Shown here piece by piece: positions 26,612 through 39,625 of a DNA stretch of 64,000 nt (its first letter is position 1; each line of letters opens with the position of its first letter). Origin of the DNA: Eledone cirrhosa (lineage: Eukaryota); NCBI GenBank assembly GCA_964016885.1, contig OZ024741.1, positions 115,072,001 through 115,136,000 of the forward strand. The letters are read 5' to 3'. The position numbers were made by a program, and so were the translations under genes. The notes under the pieces were generated by a model. It saw only the letters and a list, made by a program, of their open reading frames with translations, did not search any database and was not told the DNA's origin.

Positions 26612-29160
26612 GGTGTTCCAGAATCCTACAATTTACACAAAAGTGTATTTCTCTTAGCTCCCTATGAATTTTCTGATGCTATTTTGTATATTATCAATTT
26701 ATAATGTAATTTTGATTATTTCAGACTTATTTAAGCTTTGCCTAATAGATGCAAATTGGCAGAATAATGGTGGAAACCAGTGGGCCTAGTTGTAGCTACT
26801 CGCTCCGTTGTGATGATCGAGAAATATGGCTCCTGGGGCAATGTTACATCCTTTTCCACCAAACAAAATACCAACAAAGGGGGATGTTCTAAGATATTTC
26901 TCCTACCTGAAAGATGGTCCTATAAAGGACGAAAAGCGTGTGAGCATCAATGGTGCTATTGCGGATAGGCTTGTGATGGAAGTAGTTAGTCAGTGGGAAA
27001 AACCTGGTGTGGCGACTCAACGAAAAGACAAAGTGAAACTGAAAATTATGAACATGTACAGTGAATACAGACATTTACAGAAAACAAAGGTTCTAAGTCG
27101 AACAAAGAAAAGGAAGCACTATTTATTTCTTAATTGGATTCGTATTTCTACATTGCACATACTGATGCTGAAAGAAACTTTTGAAAGACCGTCTTCGCAA
27201 TAATGAACAGAAAATGGAAGATGCTACATTTTTCGAAGCCCTGCGTTGCCAGAAAAAAGTCTCTCTGGGTGCTGAAGACAAGTGTTACCAGAAAAAGGTA
27301 TCTTCAAAGTTTAAGCGTGATCATATTTCTGTGGCTTGTCGAGAGTCAGAGAACCATAGAATGCGTTTGTCAGGATCTGTAGCAGCACAACTGCCACGTA
27401 ATGAACTGAGTGATTCAATGATGAAACTGAAGATGAACAGGATCCTAAATTTCAGGCCTCAAACCCACCCAGAGACCGCTCAAAGTCAGTCAAGAAACGA
27501 AAAATCCAGCTGGAACTCCCAAAGAATTCATTTCAAAGTCGAAAAATTTCTCTAATGGCTGATCGTTTAAACCTGACACTGAGAACAGCATTTATGGCAT
27601 CAATTATTTCTGAGGGTGGGATGGACATAGACGCCACACCTCTCTCCAAGAATAGTAGCAGACGTGCAGCTAAGAAGATCAAAACTGTGGATGCTGAACA
27701 CATAAAGGAACAATTTGCTGTACCAGACTTTCTAACCTTGCATTGGGATGGCAAAATAATTCCTGGTGACCACGAGAGGCTAGGTGTGCTAGCTGCTGGA
27801 ACTCCAGGCTTCAGAGAAAGTAAACTCCTCGGTGTTCCCATAATTCCTGATGGCACTGGAACCACCCAAGCCAAAGCATCATTTGATCTTGTTAAAGATT
27901 GGAATGATGATCGGTCTGTGGTGGGCTTGGTCTTCGACACAACTGCTTCGAATTCTGGATGGAAAAATAGTGCCTGCGTGAAACTAGAAGAGATGCTCAA
28001 CAAAAAGGTGTTTTATTTTGCTTGTCGGCACCATCGAGCGTATCTTGTGTGCAGTGTGGCAACAATTATTCGAAGCAATGTCCAGTCCAGACACCTCAGA
28101 GTTCAAGCAGTTCAAAACGGATTGGGTGTCACTCACGGGCTAGACTAACTTTAAAACATTGAACATTGTCGCCCGGAGACTCAAGCGTCTGTGTTCTGAG
28201 AACATCAAGTTCCTCCAAGATTTGCTGACATCCGACGATGGGAAAGTGAGTTCTCTTCCACGGGACGATTACCGAGAATGTGCCGAGTTGATGTTGATCT
28301 TGCTGGGTGTCAGCCCTCCTCGTGGAATTCATTGGATGCTGCCTGGTGCATATCATAATGCTCGGTGGATGTCCACAATCATCTATAGTGCAAAAATGTA
28401 TGCATTTGGTGAGCGACTCAATTCCGATCAAGCTAAAATGGAAAAGATGTGCCGGATCTGTATGTTCAATGTTCTGTTGTACGTGCGATACTGGCTGACA
28501 GCAGTCAAGTGTGCTGATGCACCATCCAATGACCTTCAATTCTTTGTGAAGTTGACACAGTACAGTAAGGTTGACAGAGATCTCTTGCAGGCAGCCACTC
28601 CTGCTCTGAGCAGGCATCTTTGGGACCTGACGGAGGAATCCATTCCGCTAGCGCTGTTTTCAAGTCGGTTCCAAGAGTCCGAGAAGAAACAAATAGCCCA
28701 ACGTCTTGTCAAAACGAAAACGTCTGGGCTCTCGACCGTGGTGCTCCAGTATTTTCCGAGTTGCAGTCGTCCACGAAGCTGCCTCATCTAGTTGGGAATA
28801 ATTCAAGGCTTCTGTTCAATCTCCTTGGTCTCGACGATACTTGGCTTGAGCTGTCACCTGCAACTTGGTCATTACAAGTGGCATATCAACATGCCTGTGC
28901 TGTTGTTCACAATATCAAGGTAGTCAACGATCTGGCGGAGAGAGCAGTCAAGTTGATAACTCATTTTGTTGCCATCACCAAGAATGAGGAAGAGAAGCAG
29001 TGTGTTCTTCAAGTAGTCGAAGCTCATCGTCGCAAGGTCCCGGATTTCAAAAAAGAAACTCTGAAAAAAATATGACTGGTGTAACTTAACTTAACTTTTT
29101 TTCCTTGTACGCCTTTATATTCAAAGCTGGTTTACTAAATATAATGGATTAATAAAATAA
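26608..29160 (+). mobile_element. DNA transposon with frameshifted DDE transposase (hATm-like, tentative)
   Basis: Consecutive ORFs with LHWDGK, FDTTASNSG, ACRHH, RDDYRE, PGAYHNARWM, RHLW, VVNDLAERAVKL; starts TTAGGGTG after (TA)n; right TIR not found. Confidence 0.75.
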
Positions 29161-31626
29161 ACAATTATTTTATGGTCATATTTGGTTTCACATTTTCATG
29201 ATTTCATGCAACATAATCACACTTTCCACTATAATCATCATGATATAGACAAGACTCAAAATAATTTATTTCATACGAAATATATTTTATTTTACCAATT
29301 GGGGCATTTATAATGGTAAAATATTAACAAAAATAGAACTTCTTGTGATCAAGTATATTTTATTATACATATTTCAGAGGTACTGAGCTGACTTCAACAG
29401 TACGTCGTCATCAGATAAAATAAGATGATGCATGACATACCCTGACATAGTAGATGGTTAAGATCCAGTCATGGTAATGAGTAAGATATGACAAAACTCA
29501 ATATTTATATACCTTAAGATTGAGACATGAAAAAACTTACATATAATACATATAATACAGAGGGTGCGTGTGAGAAAGCTTAAAAATACATAACAGCAAT
29601 TTACATAACTGTTAGAGATTCAAATAATTTAAATTATTGGAGAAAAAGAAAAAAAGAAAGACAGAGAGAAAACAGATGAGGTGATAATATAGCTAGTAGA
29701 AGTATAGAGAGCAAAAGAGAATTGATAAAGGAAAGAGAGACAAAGAGGGATCATTTTTATAGTGTAAAACATAGGGAGGGATGAATTATATATATCTATA
29801 CAGAACTATACATTTGGGCATAGCTTTACAAAAAAGAGGAAACTCGAATCTTTGAATTATTGAATTATCTAGGAGTATTCATCAATTTAAATCTTAAATA
29901 TAACTGGGTGTAATTATATGAAGGTTAATTTCCAGTCCTTAGTTAATTAGTTATATATACTATCCAAACGTAACCGGTTGACCGTTAACTTTCAAATCAT
30001 TTAAGTTAGTTCAGAGTAATGAATTAATCAAAGTGTATAATATTTCAGGCTATAAAAGTTTATAAATATCTGTATTAATATTAAAGTATACTATCATATT
30101 TAATTTATAAAATCATATTTTATGATATTTAAACTATTTGCAAACATGATAAAGAAGACATAATATTTTCATCCTCACGAAGGTAATTCTTATTAAATTT
30201 TATTATATTTAATTATTTATATTATATTGAAAATAATTCACCTTATATAATTTATAAAATCATTACAGTTATAATTTTAAAAATTAAGATTAACAATTAG
30301 AATGCCTTAATGCATCTAAAGGCCTTATAATTAAACTTAAAAAAAGTTTATTATTAAATTATATATATGCATTTGTCTAAATATAAACAAAGATTATATT
30401 GTCTAAAGATTAAGATGATACCTATCAGTTACATATAACATAATACAATGCAATAAATAAGTTACTGATAATATTGTTAAAAATTAAGGTTTTAGATCAA
30501 TTATTATAATAGGATCATGTAATATATATATATACTATAAATATACAAGTCAAACTTCATGAATCATAAGGATAAGTGAAATGTTTGCGATCTTAAAAGT
30601 GCCCAATTTCCAAGCTATATAGTTTAAAAATACAAGAACATTTTTTTTTTAAATTGATATATTAGTATAATGTGTCTGCAAACATGAGAAAGAGAAAGCC
30701 TAAGGATTTCATTGACCCGAAGGGTAACCCGAATTTAATTAAATAAAATTAAATAATAATCGTTATATAATTTAGAAAATTTAGAAAATATTTAGAAAAT
30801 ATTTAGAAAATATTTAACGATTGTAACACTAGACAGTCATTAAAGTATCTAAAGTACTTATAAATGTAACTAGAAGCATGTTATTATACTAGATATACAG
30901 ATTTGTTCAAATATATATATAGAGAGAGTATTCCAATGATTAGTGATCGATATACATATAATAAAAAATAAATAAAAAATAATTGTTTCTACTTTAGGCA
31001 CAAGGCCAGCAATTACCCAGTGCATTACTGGTACTTTATTTTATCGACCCCGTAAGAATGAAAGGCAAAGTCAACCTCGGCGGGATTTGAACTCAGATCA
31101 TAAAGGGACGTAACTATGCTGGAAATAAATAAAAAATAAATAAAAAATAATAAGTACAATCATTGTTAGTAATGTTATAATTGGAGTTTTACATTAAGTT
31201 AAGTGGAAAAATAAGGTTTGTCGACTAGTATCGTGTGTGACGCATATACCACAAATATATATAAATAAAAGTATATAAATCAAACTTCCTGAAATGTGAA
31301 ACATACTCCAAATGAATAAATATACAAAAACATAAATGCATGAATGATTTACGGTTCATTATAACTGTTAAGTATATAAGCCATATATTTAAAAAATATA
31401 CAAGAATCCCAATCTAAATTAAATATATCTAAACAATCAAATGATATGCACATTTATCAAGAGATCATGTTAACACATAATATGTTTATATACCTATACA
31501 GGACCCTTTAATCTAACATTAATAATATCATAAAGGAATAAAAAATAAAAGGTTATTAAAGTTTTATAATCTGTTATAACGTTTTAGGCACACAGTTGAT
31601 AAGAGACGTCTAAAATTCGAACCTGT

Positions 31627-32900
31627 TTATTTAGTGTTTTTTCCTGACTTTTTGCGAGGCTTAGAATGTAGACAAAGCTTTATGAAGGCAGTTTGAGAAT
31701 AATTCACTTTTTTGTTAATTAAATTTTCATAATTAGTAATTATTAATAGGGTCTCCATGGTACAGAAGTTGCAGTTAGGTGATATTGAAGAATTCAAGTA
31801 AATTCTACTATTACACAACTTCGTCCAAGAAATCGAGAATTTTAAATTTTTGTCTTTTAATGACCATATAAGTTGTGATAAAGAAGTCGAAGATTTCCTA
31901 TGAGGATTCGAAAAAAAGCATTTGTGATTCGCAAATCTTGATTTAAATGTCGAAGAAGTTGCACCAATATAGTTGTATGTGATGATATTTGCTTTTACGG
32001 TGCATTTATAGACCAGATTGCTATCCAGACAATTATTTTGCATAGGGCAATCTGGTCTATTCCTACAATTACATTTCGATTTATTGTTATTACTATAAAT
32101 TGTACTATTTACATTAACATTATTAGTACTCAGAAATGTTTTATTGATTGTGCCTATAATGTTATTGTTATTCCTAGTATTAATATTGCTAGTGTTATTA
32201 TATTCATTATCGTTAAATGTATGTTGATTATGATTTAGAATTCTACTATTTGTTTTAGCGATGCTCTGGGCCATATTCATAGTTGTAGAATAAGAAAGAT
32301 TAATTGTGTGTCTGTTAAATATGGAACGGTATTTATGTTGAATGGGGAAGGATTTATCTAAAGCTTTAAAGAATAGATTTGCGAGTGGTGTTTTTATTGC
32401 TACAGAAGCCGGGGGGGGGGGGGGGGGGCAAATCATATAACTGATTTAGTTTTGATTTTTTTCCCCGATTTATTCACGGTACTGGTATTTGTATTATAAT
32501 TTTTAGAATTTCGTTTATATATGTTAGTCTTATTTTTATCAGGATTATAATTCAAATTATTATTATCTATATATTCCATATTATTTTTATAACCTGCCTT
32601 TCGTAGCACGTCATTATAATATCCTGCTTTTTCATCAAATATGGATTTATTAGTGGATATTCTAGTTATGCGTTTCTGTACACTATTGACTATTGCGTTT
32701 TTTACTGATTTAGGGTGATTAGAGTAATAGCTAACGTAGTTTAAGTTTTCATTGGGTTTATGGAAAGGATAATATAAACCTGAGTTTAAGTTAAGGGTAA
32801 CGTCAAGGAAATTAACTATTTTGGTACTACTTTCATCTTCTAATTTAAGGTCGTAATTTTTAAAGAATTCAATTATAGTTTTCTTAACCTATTTAGTTCT
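31627..32900 (-). pseudogene. PLE RT thumb + GIY-YIG endonuclease remnant
   Basis: VNFLDVTLNL..PFHKPN..SNHP, then (frame break near the G run at 32411) LSYST, CNC..CP..C, LVYKC..YIGAT..FKSRFANH, CNFC. Confidence 0.9.
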
Positions 32901-33045
32901 GTCACCCTCTGTATTATATGTATTATATGTAAGTTTTTTCATGTCTCAATCTTCAGGTATATAAATATTGAGTTTTGTCATATCTACTCACTACCATGAC
33001 TGGATCTTAACCATCTATTATGTCAGGGTATGTCATGCATCATCT

Positions 33046-33112
33046 TATTTTATCTGATGAGGACGTACTATTGAAGTTAGCTCAGTACCTCTGAAATATG
33101 TATAATAAAATA
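33046..33112 (+). ncRNA. Type I hammerhead ribozyme in the PLE terminal repeat (mirror copy 29356-29422, minus strand)
   Basis: TATTTTAT-CTGATGA-ggac GTACT..AGTAC ctct-GAAA-TATGTA-TA-ATAAAATA. Confidence 0.85.
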
Positions 33113-33402
33113 TATTGATCACAAGTTCTATTTTTGTTAATATTTTGAATTAATATTAATAACTCCGGAAAACCAATACTGTAGAGTGCTTCCAATCTAT
33201 TGTAAATCTCATTCTTTGATTTATTCATTGAACCTTGTTTAACCTTTATATATATATATATATATATATATTTAAAGGTTAAACAAGGTTTAATGAATAA
33301 ATCAAAGAATGAGATTTACAATAGATTGTAAATCTCATTCTTTGATTTATTCATTGAACCTTGTTTAACCTTTAAATATATATATATATATATGACTTTG
33401 TT

Positions 33403-33453
33403 AGTTTCAGAAGATCCCGTTAAGGGTGAAAGCAGCGATTCTTTGCTTAAACT
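33403..33453 (+). ncRNA. HHR-like motif with CAGAAGA core (copies about 37075-37123 and 52054-52104, minus strand)
   Basis: AGTTT-CAGAAGA-tCCC gttaa GGGt-GAAA-GCA..TGC-TT-AAACT. Confidence 0.55.
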
Positions 33454-33469
33454 TTAATCTGTTATTTTA

Positions 33470-33502
<33 letters not shown>

Positions 33503-33543
33503 CGATATTAAATAAATGGAAACTAAATTTATAAAACCATATT

Positions 33544-33608
33544 TATTTCATTATACATATTTCAGGGATACCAAATTAAAATATGGTATACCTTCATCAG
33601 ACAAAATA
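33544..33608 (-). ncRNA. Type I hammerhead ribozyme
   Basis: TATTTTGT-CTGATGA-AGGtATACCA..TGGTATcCCT-GAAA-TATGTA-TA-ATGAAATA. Confidence 0.82.
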
Positions 33609-33696
33609 CAATATATAAACAGTTTTATAAATAATTTTGACGTACCCTATTAGATGCGACCATTATTTTGGGAAGCTGTCTGGATATGTATATATA

Positions 33697-33728
<32 letters not shown>

Positions 33729-34009
33729 CAAATCTTGAGTATGTTTGCGAATGTACACACCCACACACACACACACAGACACACACACATATATATATAT
33801 ATATATATTCCTTTTCGCACATATTATTAAACCCTTCAATATATAAACCTTAAATAAATACTATTCTTAATTCCTTTTTCTTTAATCATAAACATCACCA
33901 TTCATAAACCTCATTGACTTTTAATTTCAAATTTTTTTAAATTTTGTATTATCTTACAACAGTCTTTTTTAAGTTTCTCTCAGTGAGACAGTGTTTCTCA
34001 GTATTAAAG

Positions 34010-34069
<60 letters not shown>

Positions 34070-34290
34070 CTCCTCCTCTCTGATCCTTCCTTCTTATACT
34101 CCTCCTCCGTCATCCTTTCCTTATTATTATTTTTTTTTCTTATTATTTTCTTTCTTCCTCTTCCTTAGCTTTTCCTTCCCCCTTCCTTCTTTTTCCCCAA
34201 TCTAATATATCTATCTTATTTTATTTTTCATATGTTGATTTAACACTTCACTGCTCGCAAGTGTTTTTTAAGCTTCATATCATGTCTCCC

Positions 34291-34361
34291 TATGTTATCT
34301 GATGAACACGCAAATATCCTACCATGACGATATTTGTTTTTGAAATGCGCATAATAAAATA
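34291..34361 (+). ncRNA. Type I hammerhead ribozyme
   Basis: TTAT-CTGATGA-..GCAAATATC..GATATTTGT..-GAAA-TGCGCA-TA-ATAA; palindromic stem III ATGCGCAT. Confidence 0.8.
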
Positions 34362-34490
34362 CATGGATCTCTTTTAACCATTTTTGATCTTATATTATTT
34401 ATACTCCAGTCCTATAAACTGTTGGGTGCTACTTATCCGATATTTGCATTGCTTTATTTTTCTACAATAAAACTCACCTCCTACACACAC

Positions 34491-34573
<83 letters not shown>

Positions 34574-35158
34574 ATATATATGCATATACATATAGAATAT
34601 GTATATATATATATATATATTAATTTCAACAATATCATTATTCTGTGTGTCATAATTCTCGATTATCATTGGTTCATAGGTTTCAAACGTCTCCGCCCAC
34701 CTCAACGACGCGAAACTTAAATTAATATGCATAATGCCAATGAGGGAGTGAGAGTGGAGAGAGAGGCAAAGTAAACGGTGTGTTTGGATACACTATGTAT
34801 ATGTGTCAGTGTAGAGACATGTGTGTGTGTGAAAATAAGAGAAGGAAAGCAATAACTATTACCATGTGTGCGTGTGTATGTACGTGCGCGTATGTTTATG
34901 TGTGTGTGCGTACGTGCAGTGTTCCACAGAAAGTGAAAACTATCAACATGTGTTAGTGTGTGCGTGTGTGTAAGTCTGCATGCGTGTGCGCGTTTCCATG
35001 CGTGTATTTGTGTGTATGTGCGGCAACCCACAATCGCCACGCAGTTTATCTGTCTGTGTGCCTGTCTGTCAGTCTAACATACACAGAGTTGTGAAGGGAG
35101 TAAATAGGGATTTTTTTTACATTGACAGACACTTTTATATTAATTATCTATGTCTATA

Positions 35159-35506
35159 TCTACATATAATATAAAAGATTGGAACTTCCGTCATCCTTTT
35201 GAGAAACGTGGAACAACCACGTCTATGCAATGATACACACTTTACAGTCAGGCAGAAGGTGAACCCTCTCCTAGAGGTCACTATTCTAGGGGGGAGCACC
35301 TAGAAATTTTCATATACTATGCACAAACGGTATAACGAAGAATCTGGTATATCTGGAAGATTTCTTTTACTGTTTTTTTGTATCACACAGATACCACGGA
35401 CTCGCCTCATACTGTAACCAGACAAACATCCAATACAGTCATTTTCTCTTTTACCTCTCTTCTCTTATCATCTGTTTACCCGGGCGAAGCTGGGTACGTC
35501 AGGTAG
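35159..35506 (+). mobile_element. Short non-autonomous Helitron-like element
   Basis: 5' A^TCTACATATAATATAAAAG; 3' hairpin ACCCGGGCGAAGCTGGGT then GTAG^T (CTAG variant). Confidence 0.6.
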
Positions 35507-35975
<469 letters not shown>

Positions 35976-36068
35976 AGCAAAGAGTTATTTAATTTGATGG
36001 TTATTCAACAAATTTAATTATAACAGATTCGAAGCACTCTACAAAATTCTTCTGGAGTATAATATCAA

Positions 36069-36396
36069 TGATATTAATAAATGGAAACTATCTTTATAAA
36101 ACCATATTTATTTTATTATATATATTACCAGGGAACCAAAGTTTTGGTACGCCATCATCAGATAAAATACAAAAGTTGTTTTATAAATAGTGACATATCC
36201 CAAAAAACAAATCGTTTTAAGTTCTATCCAAACAGAACTTAAAACGATAATTTCTTGTTTTTTTGGATATGTCACTATTTATAAAATAACTTTTGCATTT
36301 TATCTGATGAGGGCGTACCAAAATTTTGGTACCCTTGAAATATATATAATAAAATAAATATGGTTTTATAAAGATAGTTTCCATTTATTAATATCA
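36069..36396. mobile_element. Foldback HHR mini-element; intact HHR at 36297-36355 (+), degenerate mirror at about 36110-36167 (-)
   Basis: ATTTTAT-CTGATGA-GGGcGTACCA..TGGTACCCTT-GAAA-TATATA-TA-ATAAAAT; arms inverted; related to 33503-33650. Confidence 0.85.
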
Positions 36397-36407
36397 TATA
36401 TGTATAC

Positions 36408-36501
<94 letters not shown>

Positions 36502-36644
36502 ATACATTAACGGAGCTATAGACTCTCGCCGTTCCATGTAAATAATGTGCTCAAAGGAGAGGAAATCCTGGGCACTTTAAAATACAATATGTTGAAAAGT
36601 AACACACTAGAGAGAGATACAGTGCACCATCAATAAAACAGGGA

Positions 36645-37045
36645 AAAACCACCAGTGTATGGAATCTATAAGCTATGAAAGGCAAAATATAGACACGATA
36701 ATTAAAAATATAAATTAAAGCGTAAATAAATACCTCTATAACTATATAACACGTACAAATCCAAAGTGATCTGTTTCGCCAGTAAGTTGTTGACGGAAAT
36801 GAAATAACCCAGGTTCATCAGCGTGTGGTAGGCTATACATTTCAGACAGCACTAAGAGAATTTTTAAAGCGGCCGTCCAACTACACGTGGCGAAACAGAT
36901 CACTTTGGATTTGTACGTGTGTTATATAGTTATAGATGTATTTATTTACGCTTTAATATATATTTTTAATTATCGTGTCTATATTCTGCCTTTCATAGCT
37001 TATAGATTCCATACACTGGTGGTTTTTCCATACACTGGTGGTTCA
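36645..37045. mobile_element. Foldback HHR mini-element; HHR at 36749-36826 (-) with full stem III
   Basis: ACACG-CTGATGA-..-GAAA-CAGATC actttg GATTTG-TA-CGTGT; arms 36645-36782 and 36888-37025 inverted. Confidence 0.8.
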
Positions 37046-37953
37046 TATATATATATATTAAAATAACAGATTATAGTAAGCAAAGAATCGCTGCCTTCAC
37101 CCTCAACGGGATCTTCTGAAACTAAAAAAATCAATCTGTGAACGCAGAAGTAAATATTTCGAAAGGCGTTGCAACCGAAGGAAAAAAAGGAAGACGATAC
37201 TTTGGTTCGTGAAAACGTTTCCTGGCAATGAACGGAAGAAAGCGAGTTAATACGTCGCTATATGGAGCGATGAGAACAATTACACGCAAAGACAAATCCA
37301 CGTTTATGGTATAAATGGAGTCATTAGACTAATATTCTATTTAGGATACCGAATAATTCTCGACTTCGGAGTTTAAAAATAATGTAAATAAATTAGTTGA
37401 ACGAAAATTACAGAGTTTATTAAAATCATAAAAGTAATAATAATTTAATATATGCATACACACATCTAAATACGTACAATCACGTGCATACGCGAAAACA
37501 CACACCATGCATGCATATACATGCACGAACACACACACACGTACGTAAACCGGCGCAATATATATACCCGCACGTATAAACCAAATACACATGTAAATAT
37601 ATGTGTGTGTGTGTATACATATTATTATATATACATATATAAATATACACGCATAAATGCGTGTATAACGCACACACACACATACCTACAGGTAAATACA
37701 CATATATTCAGCAAACGTACATATACCAAAACCCTGTGTACACATATACACACCATACATACGTGCAAACACACATACACACTCATACATACCCATATAT
37801 ACACATATACATACATTTATGGGTGTATAAAAAAAAATACCAACACACATATACATATATACATATATATATACATATACAAACACCGCAGCAACTCATA
37901 CACATAACCAACGATAAACGATATATATATATATATATATATGTGTGTATATA

Positions 37954-38022
<69 letters not shown>

Positions 38023-38024
<2 letters not shown>

Positions 38025-39570
38025 CGAAGGAAATGTGGTAAGGAACCAGGTGGACGATAACGCACCAAAGTACTCAATACTTAGGGTAGTAGAGTGGGTA
38101 ATAGGAACGAGTAGGACCACGACGGCTGAGCTCAAGCCGTTTCGACGGCTAATTCTGGACTAAATGAACATTTTTATCCTGGTATATGAATAGCCGAGCT
38201 TCTCAAGTGGTAATTCCATATATGGTAAAAGTGATTGTGACAAGGATTGGTCAAAAGTCTGTTGTTGAGACACATAATTCTATCATGGCAAATTGTGGAA
38301 GGAAGGGGTAGCTAAACCTGCCAGTAGAAGAAAGAGGAAGAGGGGGTGGAGGAAACCCAGTCGTCCGTTGATAGTGCCAACTACGGCAGGGCAGGAGGTC
38401 AAGGAAGTATACTAGGGAGCGGGAGTGGGAGGAAGTCGAAACGAAAAGTAAAACAATATGGGGTAAAAAAATATAGAAGAATACCGAGAATGTTAAAAAA
38501 AAAAACAATTACTGGTTACTATTCCCCAACGACAGCCATCAAGTCTCTCACTGGTACTGCTAGACTATGGAAAAGTTTACTAGGTGGGACGGAATTATAA
38601 TGAGACCCTTTTAAGGGGTAGTAGTAATCAACCAAGTATATCTTACGGTGACGGGTCAGCAAGTGGGGGGCAAAAATACTAAAGAAAATGCCACGAAATA
38701 ATAATATCAGTATTTATTTGGGGGGGGGGGGGGGGTTCTGAATTAATTTTCCGTATCAAATTTTTCATATACTTCGTACGAGCATTTATGTAGTTTGCAC
38801 TAGAATGTTTGTATCGTAGCGGCACCCTTAGAGATAGTATTAGTTTTCTTTTTCGGGATTCTGATTTATTATTTCGTATTAGTTTATTTTTTGCACTGGG
38901 TGGTTTCTGGCCTTGTGCCTAGGGTAGAAACAATTATTTCGTATTGGTCTCGGGACTCTGATTTATTATTTCGTGGTAGTTTCTTTAGTATTTTTGCCCC
39001 CCACTTGTTGACCCGTCACCGTAAGATATACTCGGTTGATTACTACTACCTCTTAAAAGTGTCTAATTATAATTCCGTCCCACCTAGTAAACTTTTCTAT
39101 AGTCTAGCAGTACCAGTGACAGACTTGATGGCTGTCGTTGGGGAATAGTAACCAGTAATTGTTTTTTTAATATTTAATTGTTTTTTTTTAACATTCTCGG
39201 TATTCTTCTATATTTTTTTACCCATATTGTTTTACTTTTCGTTTCGACTTACTCCCCCCCCCCCTAGTATACTTCCTTGACCTCCTGCCCTGCCGTAGTT
39301 GGCACTATCAACGCACGACTGGGTTTCGTCCACCCTCTCTCCCTCTTTCTTCTACTGGCAGGTTTGGCTACCTCTTCCTCCACAATTTGCCATGATAGAA
39401 TTATGTGTCTCAACAACAGACTTTTGACCAATCCTTGTGACAATGACTTTTACCATATATGGAATTAACCCCTGAGAAGCTCGGCTATTCATATACCAGG
39501 ATAAAAATGTTCATTTAGTCCAGAATTAGCCGTCGAAACGGCTTGAGCTCAGCCGTCGTGGTCCTACTCG

Positions 39571-39573
<3 letters not shown>
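38023..39573. mobile_element. Large foldback non-coding element with an HHR in each ~600-bp arm, bounded by (TA)n
   Basis: 38105-38710 inverted versus 38962-39573; HHR 38116-38211 (-): ACCAC-TTGAGAA-..CGGCTA..TAGCCG..-GAAA-CGGCT..AGCCG-TC-GTGGT; mirror at 39467-39562 (+). Confidence 0.87.

Positions 39574-39620
<47 letters not shown>

Positions 39621-39625
<5 letters not shown>

Larger units (their letters stand above)
29318..33146 (-). mobile_element. Second Penelope-like element, 5'-truncated, with inverted ~245-bp HHR-bearing terminal copies
   Basis: 29318-29566 is the reverse complement of 32903-33146; coding remnant 31627-32900; ~2-kb AT-rich 3' region with a SINE at 30983-31122. Confidence 0.9.
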
